A stretch of 40,441 nt of DNA from a virus: positions 1 through 40,441 of the IMG/VR virus record IMGVR_UViG_3300026532_000002; one strand, 5' to 3'. Of this stretch, positions 1 through 6,896 are shown piece after piece. The notes beneath the pieces are model-generated. The model made no database searches and had not been told where the DNA came from. It worked only from the letters and a program-made list of their open reading frames with translations. Position 1 is the stretch's first letter. Each line of letters opens with the position of its first letter. The position numbers were made by a program, and so were the translations under genes.

Positions 1-127
1 AACGCAAAAGCCTCCATGCTCAACCGCGCCGAGAAGATTCGGGAGCTGGCCGTCGCATACGGCGAGGCCGTTCGCCACGTCCCGGCGCACAGCGTGACCT
101 GGTACGCGCTGCTTGATGCGGAATGGG
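1..127. repeat. Terminal direct repeat, copy 1 (identical to 40315..40441); circular-closure overlap
   Basis: Base-for-base identity of nt 1-127 with the last 127 nt of the window. Confidence 0.95.
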
Positions 128-195
128 CGATGGAGCGCCGCGCTATTGAGATTGAGCTCTCGCTCGACCAGAACGCCCAAGACGGTGCATCGTGA
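1..195 (+). CDS. 3' part of a junction-spanning hypothetical protein (5' part at 40225..40441)
   Basis: The frame from GTG 40225 stays open through the repeat and ends at TGA 193-195. That stop overlaps GTG 192 of the next gene (GTGA). Confidence 0.6.
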   Translation, partial: NAKASMLNRAEKIRELAVAYGEAVRHVPAHSVTWYALLDAEWAMERRAIEIELSLDQNAQDGAS

Positions 196-437
196 CTGCC
201 TCAACCGTCCCGCACCCGGCGTTACGCCGCGCAGCCACCGTCGCGTGGCAGATCCTCCTCGCGGCCGGCACGTTCCTGCGGCCCCTGACCTGGACCGTGG
301 TGCTCTGCGGGTGCCTCGTCGCTCTCATACGCGACACGACCATTGCTTCCGGCCGCAGTGTCGCTATCGGCCTGGTGATCCTCGGCGCCCTCGGCCTCAC
401 GGCGTGGGCGCACCGGATCGTCGGAGGTGACCGGTGA
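192..437 (+). CDS. Small membrane protein (about 2-3 hydrophobic helices)
   Basis: 81-aa ORF. GTGA overlap upstream and ATGA overlap with the gene starting at 434. Hydrophobic stretches LLAAGTFL, VVLCGCLVAL and IGLVILGALGL. Confidence 0.6.
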   Translation: MTASTVPHPALRRAATVAWQILLAAGTFLRPLTWTVVLCGCLVALIRDTTIASGRSVAIGLVILGALGLTAWAHRIVGGDR

Positions 438-1111
438 TGACGTGTCGGCCCCGGTTACTCGACCTGTATTGCTGCGCCGGGGGCGCCGGTATGGGCTACC
501 GCCAAGCTGGGCTCGACGTGGTGGGCGTGGACATCGAGCCCCAACCGCATTACCCGTTCGAGTTCCACCAGGGCGACGCCATCGAGTTTCTACTCGCCCA
601 CGGCCACGAGTTCGACGCCATCCATGCCTCGCCTCCGTGCCAGGCATGGAGCCCGCTCAACGCCTACAACCACAAGGTCTATCCGGAACTGATCGGCCCC
701 ACCAGAGAGGCGCTGAAGGTCGTCGATCGTCCGTATGTGATCGAAAACGTCGAAGCCGCGGCATCCGAACTCGTAACGCCGATCATGCTGTGCGGCCCGA
801 TGTATGGGTTACGGGTCTACCGACACCGGCTGTTCGAGACGTCATTCCTGATCGCCGCCCCAACGCACCGACCGCACGTGGCGGTGTGCTCCCGCAACGG
901 CTACTTGCCAACCGATGGGAAGCCGTTCATGACCATCACCGGCGGCAAGCACTCGAAGGCATGGAGAGAAAAGGCAGCCGAGGTCATGGGAGTGCCATGG
1001 GCCAGAACCATTCGTGAGGTCTGCGAGGCGGTCCCACCGGCATACACGGAATTCGTCGGCCAGCAACTGATGGCACGGGTCGTGTGCGGAATCAAGGCGG
1101 TGGCTTCCTGA
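434..1111 (+). CDS. DNA (cytosine-5)-methyltransferase, short orphan type
   Basis: Motif I DLYCCAGGAGMGY, motif IV ASPPCQAWS (catalytic PC), motif VI VIENVE. No adjacent restriction endonuclease gene. Confidence 0.85.
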   Translation: MMTCRPRLLDLYCCAGGAGMGYRQAGLDVVGVDIEPQPHYPFEFHQGDAIEFLLAHGHEFDAIHASPPCQAWSPLNAYNHKVYPELIGPTREALKVVDRPYVIENVEAAASELVTPIMLCGPMYGLRVYRHRLFETSFLIAAPTHRPHVAVCSRNGYLPTDGKPFMTITGGKHSKAWREKAAEVMGVPWARTIREVCEAVPPAYTEFVGQQLMARVVCGIKAVAS

Positions 1112-1287
1112 TGGCCCTCTTACTCGCCGCCATCGGCCTCGGCACCTGGGATCTGGGGATCGTCGGTCTCGCGCTGCTGCTCAGCCACCGGCCCCACTAC
1201 CACCCACGGCTACGGGACTGCACCTGCCTTCTGTCACCCGCTGGCCCGGTCACGTACCCGGGCTGCCCGATCCACGGGGGCTGGTGA
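1111..1287 (+). CDS. Small membrane protein
   Basis: ATG 1111 overlaps the methyltransferase stop (TGATG). N-terminal hydrophobic helix MALLLAAIGLGTWDLGIVGLALLL. Confidence 0.5.
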   Translation: MALLLAAIGLGTWDLGIVGLALLLSHRPHYHPRLRDCTCLLSPAGPVTYPGCPIHGGW

Positions 1288-1394
1288 TGGCACCTCTTAT
1301 ACCAGAGCAGCTGAAAAAGGCGGTCGAAGAGTATTTTGACCGCAACAAGGGCAATCTTGATGGGCGGAAGAAATCGTGGCCAGCAACGTTATGA
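1287..1394 (+). CDS. Hypothetical 35-aa protein in a lower-G+C patch
   Basis: ATG 1287 overlaps the previous stop (TGATG). Its TGA 1392-1394 overlaps ATG 1391 of the next gene (ATGA). Below the ORF-track length cutoff. Confidence 0.4.
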   Translation: MAPLIPEQLKKAVEEYFDRNKGNLDGRKKSWPATL

Positions 1395-1729
1395 GATCTC
1401 GTAAATTTGCGCGGTTCCCCGACATCTGCCGGGGGAACTGCGGCCGGACGCTCAAACGCAAAGGTGCCGGTCGGGAGGCTCCGGGCGTTATGCACTGGGC
1501 GCGTGGGCTGTGTTATTCCTGCTGGGCCACAGCCCAGCAGGCCGGCACGCTGTTGGATTACCCACAGCTAGAACGTCAGCGCGATGAGGTGCTCGGCGAT
1601 TATAACATTTTACGCGCTCGTGGTTACACCACTCTGCGAGAAATCGCCGCACAGATAGGCATGACGCACGCCGCGCTGGAACAGGCCCTTGTTCGGGCTC
1701 GTAAAGATGGGTGGGTGTCGCCAGTATGA
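1391..1729 (+). CDS. Zinc-ribbon plus helix-turn-helix DNA-binding protein
   Basis: CRGNCGR...GLCYSCW Cys cluster, then the HTH-like segment TLREIAAQIGMTHAALEQALVRARKDG. ATGA coupling at both ends. Confidence 0.6.
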   Translation: MRSRKFARFPDICRGNCGRTLKRKGAGREAPGVMHWARGLCYSCWATAQQAGTLLDYPQLERQRDEVLGDYNILRARGYTTLREIAAQIGMTHAALEQALVRARKDGWVSPV

Positions 1730-1989
1730 TCACATGCCGAAGGGTAAACCTGCACCCCGCCGGACCACGGAATCCGTCGGGGCCTATTGCCCCAGAAGTG
1801 CAAGCACACGGGCCGGGGTTCATCCCGGCTGTGGGCATCGAAGCGGATATCGAGCGCATTCTTGACGACACCCTCTGGGCCGAGTGTAAAAATCGGCGCT
1901 GTCAAGAGGGCATCGAGCTGATACACGGCGTCGAGCACGCCGTTCATCAGATTGTCGCGCTCATTCAGGCACAGAGGGGCGCCCAATGA
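1726..1989 (+). CDS. Hypothetical protein
   Basis: ATG 1726 overlaps stop 1727-1729. Its stop 1987-1989 overlaps ATG 1986. Preferred over the antisense ORF 1624..1998 because of this double coupling. Confidence 0.5.
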   Translation: MITCRRVNLHPAGPRNPSGPIAPEVQAHGPGFIPAVGIEADIERILDDTLWAECKNRRCQEGIELIHGVEHAVHQIVALIQAQRGAQ

Positions 1990-3749
1990 CCCTGACACCT
2001 GCCGCTTTCATGTCCGCCGCACCGGCGCCGCTCAACGGCTCCTCGCCCTGGGCAGCGCGCTACGCGAGCGAGCTCCGCCGCGTAGTCACCGAGCACGCCG
2101 CCCGGACGCCGCGGACCCTTCAGCGCCACCTCGGCCCGTCCGAACTCGGCGTGGAATGCGATCGGCAGGTGGTAGGCAAAATGGCTGGCCAGCCGACCAC
2201 GAATCACATCGCGGACCCGTGGCCGAGCGTTGTAGGAACCGCAGTGCACGCCTGGTTGGCAGACGCGTTCACCGCGGACAACACCCGGCACGGTGTGCTG
2301 CGGTGGGTGGCGGAGCAGCGCGTCACCCCGCACCCGAATCACCCCGGTACCGCCGACCTGTACGACGCCGCCGAGCAGGCGGTGGTGGACCACAAGGTGC
2401 TCGGCGAATCGAGCCTGACCAAGGTCCAATCACTGCGGGGACCGCCGCGTAAATACGTGGTGCAGTTGTTACTCTACGGACTCGGTTACCGCAACCTCGG
2501 TTTACCCGTGCGGCGGGTCGCGCTGGCCGCGTACCCCCGCACTCAAGCTTCCCTTGACGGTCTTTACGTCTGGGATCGCGAATATTCCCCAGCGGACGAC
2601 GAATTACTACGGGAAGTGTTTCACCAAACTGATTATCGCCAGCAATGGGCCAATCGGGTCATTTCCGGTCAACTTGATATCAAACAGATCCCCCGGACAC
2701 CCAGCCACGATGAGTGCTATTTCTGTTTAGCGGGGGAAACCGAGGTTGTGACGCGCGACGGCATCCGACCGATCCGCGAACTGGCCGGCACAACACACAA
2801 CCTATTGGTTCCGTCAGCACGGCCAAACGGGGCACGTGGTCAGTTCGTCTCGGTCCCTGTACGCGTATTCGGTGTACAACGCCTATCCGCCGTTCACCTA
2901 CGGCGGTACCGGGCGACGAAGACGATCTACGCCACACCGGAACATCGGTGGATTACAGCCGACGGAGCGGTGGTGACTACGGCCGAATTGCAGACTGGTG
3001 TCCAACTCGCCTCGGTTCGGGCTGAACCCACTCGCGGGGCCCGTCCGATCAGCGCTGCCATCGCTCAGGGATTCACCTACGGCGACGGCGCACGGGGTAT
3101 CAATCGTCGGCCAGCCACACTTGCGATCTACAGACGTAGTCACAAGCGCGCGTTACTGCCTCACTTCGGCCCGATCGAGGTGCGGGAGTACGCCACACCA
3201 GACGGCGACACCGTAGACCATATCTACGGCCTGCCGCGTTTCTGGAAAGCACTACCGCCGCTCGACGAATCACGCTCGTTTCTGCTTAGTTGGCTAATCG
3301 GTTACTTTGCCGCTGATGGGTCCGTTACTGAAGCCGGACAATGTGAACTCAGTAGCGCCAACAGGGAATCGTTGCTGTTTGTGCGTGATCTCGCCGCAGC
3401 GTGTGGGATCGGTTACGGCAGTATCGCAACCAGATCGCGTTTCGGTAAAAACACTAAACCAACTGATCTGTACACAATTGGGCTGAACGCCCGCGATTTG
3501 CCTGATTGGTTCTGGATTCTGCCGCACCACAGACAACGCGTCGCTGAACGCGTAGAAAAAGCGGAAAGAATAACCCACTGGTCCGTCGTCGACATTAAAC
3601 CAACTAATCGAATTGAGGAGGTCTACTGCGCGACCGTCCCTGGTATAGGAGCGTTCGCACTCGTTGATGGACTCACCACCGGTAACTGCCCATTTTATCG
3701 GCCAGATGCGCACGACGGTGGACCGGGGTGCCCAGGAACAACCACATGA
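1986..3749 (+). CDS. Cas4/RecB-family PD-(D/E)XK exonuclease precursor, interrupted by an intein
   Basis: Nuclease motifs GTAVHAWL, ADLYD, VVDHK and QLLLYG (QxxxY). N-terminal Cys (VECDR) plus C-terminal ECYFC / CPFYR...GCPG cysteines. A 321-aa in-frame insert carries intein blocks. Confidence 0.8.
   Translation: MTLTPAAFMSAAPAPLNGSSPWAARYASELRRVVTEHAARTPRTLQRHLGPSELGVECDRQVVGKMAGQPTTNHIADPWPSVVGTAVHAWLADAFTADNTRHGVLRWVAEQRVTPHPNHPGTADLYDAAEQAVVDHKVLGESSLTKVQSLRGPPRKYVVQLLLYGLGYRNLGLPVRRVALAAYPRTQASLDGLYVWDREYSPADDELLREVFHQTDYRQQWANRVISGQLDIKQIPRTPSHDECYFCLAGETEVVTRDGIRPIRELAGTTHNLLVPSARPNGARGQFVSVPVRVFGVQRLSAVHLRRYRATKTIYATPEHRWITADGAVVTTAELQTGVQLASVRAEPTRGARPISAAIAQGFTYGDGARGINRRPATLAIYRRSHKRALLPHFGPIEVREYATPDGDTVDHIYGLPRFWKALPPLDESRSFLLSWLIGYFAADGSVTEAGQCELSSANRESLLFVRDLAAACGIGYGSIATRSRFGKNTKPTDLYTIGLNARDLPDWFWILPHHRQRVAERVEKAERITHWSVVDIKPTNRIEEVYCATVPGIGAFALVDGLTTGNCPFYRPDAHDGGPGCPGTTT
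2724..3686 (+). mobile_element. Intein (321 aa) with a double-motif LAGLIDADG homing-endonuclease domain
   Basis: Begins CLAGETEVVTRDG (block A) and has TPEHRW (block B). Two LAGLIDADG-like motifs: IAQGFTYGDGA and LIGYFAADGSV. Ends VYCATV...LVDGLTTGN followed by +1 Cys (CPFY). G+C is visibly lower in the endonuclease part. Confidence 0.85.
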
Positions 3750-3764
3750 AAGTGACTATTCATC

Positions 3765-4583
3765 GTGACATATCCACAGATGCCTCAAGCGCCACAGAGT
3801 TACCAGCAATTTCCTCAGGGTTATCCGACTACACCACCTCAGAATTACCCGCAGCAATTCCCTCAGCAATTCCCTCAGGATTACACACAGGCGCCCGCGC
3901 AGCCGCTACCTCAAGGAAACCTGTCGGACTTTTTCGGCCAGCCTTCAGTCAGTGGCGGTCCCTCGTGGTCCTTCAAAGACAAGCCGGTTGGACAGTCTTA
4001 CGCGGGAATCGTTGAGCGTGCGCTCACCAACGCTGACATTGAACCGCAGACTATCCCCGGCACCAACCGGCCAGCGACGTACCGCGACGGCCGCCAGAAG
4101 TGGGTGATGAAGGTCCCCATGTTGGTGCAAGCTGATACTGATCACCCCGACGGTAAAGCCACCTGGTATGTCAGCGGGCAATCTCGGGACGAGCTCGTGC
4201 GTGCAATGGCCGAAGCTGGCGCACCCGAAGGGGCTCCGGAGCCCGGCGCGTTTATTGGCGTCCAGCTAGTTGGGCGCAAGCCCAGCAAAACGCCGGGGTT
4301 CAGCCCCAGCAATCAGGTTCGTGTCGTCTACCGACGGCCGGAGGGTGCCGCAGCACCCACAGCTACGCCCGTCGCTGAGCAACCTGCACAGCCTGCCCCG
4401 CCGGCGCAGCAACCGTCGGCGTTCACCGAATTAGCCCAACAGCAAAGCATCGTCCCCGCACAGGTGTCACCGGAACCCGCGCAGCACCCTCCGGCCGCTC
4501 CGGCGCCTCAACCGCCAGCCGGGCTCTCCGCTGAGCAGCAGGCCCTGTTGGCCCGAATGACCGGGACGGCCCCCACGAGCTGA
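3765..4583 (+). CDS. Hypothetical protein with a Pro/Gln-rich N-terminus and Pro/Ala-rich C-terminus; possible DNA-binding role from its position
   Basis: 272-aa ORF with GTG 3765 or ATG 3780. Repeats QQFPQGYP, QQFPQQFPQDY. Sits between the exonuclease and helicase genes. No catalytic motif recognised. Confidence 0.5.
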   Translation: MTYPQMPQAPQSYQQFPQGYPTTPPQNYPQQFPQQFPQDYTQAPAQPLPQGNLSDFFGQPSVSGGPSWSFKDKPVGQSYAGIVERALTNADIEPQTIPGTNRPATYRDGRQKWVMKVPMLVQADTDHPDGKATWYVSGQSRDELVRAMAEAGAPEGAPEPGAFIGVQLVGRKPSKTPGFSPSNQVRVVYRRPEGAAAPTATPVAEQPAQPAPPAQQPSAFTELAQQQSIVPAQVSPEPAQHPPAAPAPQPPAGLSAEQQALLARMTGTAPTS

Positions 4584-4588
4584 ATCCT

Positions 4589-4627
4589 GCCCGCGGACCC
4601 GTCCGGCACATGGACGGGTCCGCGGGC
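4589..4627 (+). terminator. 16-bp perfect stem-loop between 3765..4583 and the helicase gene (terminator or attenuator candidate)
   Basis: gcccgcggacccgtcc / 7-nt loop / ggacgggtccgcgggc, followed only by tt. Confidence 0.35.
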
Positions 4628-4647
4628 TTACCGGAAGGGGCCCGCCG

Positions 4648-6414
4648 GTGGAGCCCACCATCGTTGGCGAACTGACCGCGGACGGCAGCCACATCGTGCT
4701 CATCGCTGCGGGTGACGATGCCGTGGCGATCGCGGGCGTGGCGCAACAGCTGCAATTCCTTACCCCGTTGGTCCAATCCAGCACCCCGCCCGGCGCGGTG
4801 GTGCTAGCGACAAGTTGGCCAGCGGTGGCACAACTAGCGCACACCTACGGCGCGGCGTGGCGCCCACAGCCACGGTTGCACGCCTGGATTAAGCGGGAGA
4901 CGCTGCGGCGCACACAGTTACCCGCGGAACTCACCGCGCCGGTTCCCGAGGGGCTCACCCCGCGGCCCTATCAGGTGCGGGGCGCGCTGATGATCGCCTC
5001 TGTCGGGTCAGCGCTCATTACGGACGAACCCGGTACCGGTAAATCGGTCACCACGATCCTCGGGCTCAAAGAGATCGGATTGTCCGGCCCCGTTGTCGTG
5101 GTCGCCCCGGCCAGCGTGGTGGACCCGTGGGTTGAGCACTTCCGTACATGGGCACCGGAATGGCGCGCGGTCGCCTGGCGGGGCGCGCCGCAGCGGCGGT
5201 GCGCGCTTGCCGGTACCGCGGATGTTTACGTGGTCAGTTACGACACCGCCCGTATGGACGCGCAGGCCGACAGGGGTCCTCACGGTGGGCGGCGCGCGCT
5301 GCTCGACTTGTGCCCGGCCGCGGTGGTCGTGGACGAACACCATTTGATCAAGAGCCCCCACGCGGCCCGTTCCCACGCCGTGCGCCGATTGGCCAAGCAC
5401 GCCGGCACCGTCATTGCGCTCTCTGGGACGCCGATCACCCATCACCCGGCCGACCTGTGGTCCACCCTCGTCGCGCTGAATCACGACGCGTGGCCGTCCC
5501 GGGAGCGGTGGGTGCGGCGGTATTGCCTGACGGCGCTGAGTGACTACGGCGAACAGATCCTGGGGCTGAACCCTCACTACGAACCCGAGTTTCGTACCGC
5601 GCTGCTCGGCCAGCATCGCCGCGTCGCCAAGGCGGATGTGCTTGATCAGTTGCCGCCCAAGGTCTACAGCGTTCGAACGGTCGAAATGCCGGCGGCGTAT
5701 CGCAAGGCGTACGACCAGATGGAAACCGACATGCTCGCCGAACTGCCGGACGGCACCGAGCTATCGGTGATGTCGGTGTTAGCGCAACTGACCCGACTCT
5801 CACAACTGGCCTCGGCAGCGGCCGACGTTGAGGTGACGCACGAGCTCGGGGCGGACGGTGAGGAGCGGACGCACTACCACGTGACCCTCAAGGCGCCCAG
5901 CTGGAAAGTTGGCGCGCTGCTGGAGGTGCTCGACGAGCGGCCCGGTGAACCGGTGGTGGCGTTCGCGCCGTCCCGTCAGCTCATGCGACTGGCGGGCGCG
6001 CTCGCGGAAAAGGCCGGCTACCACGTCGGCTACATCGTCGGCGGGCAAACGATGGCCGAACGCACCGCCACGATCGCGGCATTCCAGGCAGGCAAACTAG
6101 ACCTGATCTGCGCGACCACGGGTGCTGGCGGGGTGGGAATCACGCTCACCGCGGCGCGCACGGTGGTGTTCCTCCAGCGTCCGTGGTCGTTGGTCGAGGC
6201 GCTCCAGGCTGAAGATCGACTTCATCGAATCGGCGCGGAAAAGCACGATTCGATCGAAGTGATCGACATTGTTGCCGCTAACACCATCGACACCAGAGTG
6301 CGGGCCGTACTCCGCGAAAAGGCCGGGCAACTGGCCGACCTCGTCCAAGACAAACGGATCGTTGCCGAGCTGCTCGGCGGAGCGTCGGTCAAGAAGCTAA
6401 GGAAGGCGTCATAA
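4648..6414 (+). CDS. SNF2/Rad54-family (SF2) helicase
   Basis: Motif I DEPGTGKS, motif II VVDEHH, motif III LSGTP, motif VI QAEDRLHRIG. RBS ggaagggg 7 nt before GTG 4648. Confidence 0.85.
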   Translation: MEPTIVGELTADGSHIVLIAAGDDAVAIAGVAQQLQFLTPLVQSSTPPGAVVLATSWPAVAQLAHTYGAAWRPQPRLHAWIKRETLRRTQLPAELTAPVPEGLTPRPYQVRGALMIASVGSALITDEPGTGKSVTTILGLKEIGLSGPVVVVAPASVVDPWVEHFRTWAPEWRAVAWRGAPQRRCALAGTADVYVVSYDTARMDAQADRGPHGGRRALLDLCPAAVVVDEHHLIKSPHAARSHAVRRLAKHAGTVIALSGTPITHHPADLWSTLVALNHDAWPSRERWVRRYCLTALSDYGEQILGLNPHYEPEFRTALLGQHRRVAKADVLDQLPPKVYSVRTVEMPAAYRKAYDQMETDMLAELPDGTELSVMSVLAQLTRLSQLASAAADVEVTHELGADGEERTHYHVTLKAPSWKVGALLEVLDERPGEPVVAFAPSRQLMRLAGALAEKAGYHVGYIVGGQTMAERTATIAAFQAGKLDLICATTGAGGVGITLTAARTVVFLQRPWSLVEALQAEDRLHRIGAEKHDSIEVIDIVAANTIDTRVRAVLREKAGQLADLVQDKRIVAELLGGASVKKLRKAS

Positions 6415-6896
6415 TGAGTAAATGCCACACGCTCGTTATCGGTGTTGATCCCGGGGGCACGACCGGAATAGGCGTCTTAAACTATATCCACCGGTGTGAC
6501 ACTCCAGAGATAGTGGACATAGCCCAGTGTAGCCCGGGAATTACTTTGCAATTAGTGGCCGCTCTGATGGCGTGGAACGTACCCACCGTACTTGCGGTGG
6601 AATCGTTCGTTGTTGGACCGCGCGCATATCGCTCAGCCACACCACAAGCAGGGCAGACGGCACGAGAAATCATTCACGCGTTGTCTATGCAAGCGGAAGA
6701 ACTATCTTATGTGCGCTTTATTCAGCGCCCCGCTGGCACAGTCAAGCCCTGGGCGACAGATAAGCGCCTGGATGCCGCCGGACTGCTCGATCGCACCAAA
6801 GGCATGCCTCACGCCCGGGACGCCTTGCGCCATGCCTTGTTCGCCGCGGTGCGGGATTGCGGCGTAACCGACCCACTGAGCCGAGAGGCGTCATGA
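6414..6896 (+). CDS. RuvC-like Holliday-junction resolvase
   Basis: RNase-H-fold start VIGVDPGGTTGIGVL, later acidic VESF, C-terminal HARDAL. ATG 6414 overlaps the helicase stop. Confidence 0.7.
   Translation: MSKCHTLVIGVDPGGTTGIGVLNYIHRCDTPEIVDIAQCSPGITLQLVAALMAWNVPTVLAVESFVVGPRAYRSATPQAGQTAREIIHALSMQAEELSYVRFIQRPAGTVKPWATDKRLDAAGLLDRTKGMPHARDALRHALFAAVRDCGVTDPLSREAS

Noticed and set aside
1624-1998. 124-aa minus-strand ORF overlapping 1726..1989.
   Set aside because: The plus-strand reading is coupled by ATGA overlaps at both ends to neighbouring plus-strand genes. A lone minus-strand gene inside this operon is unlikely.
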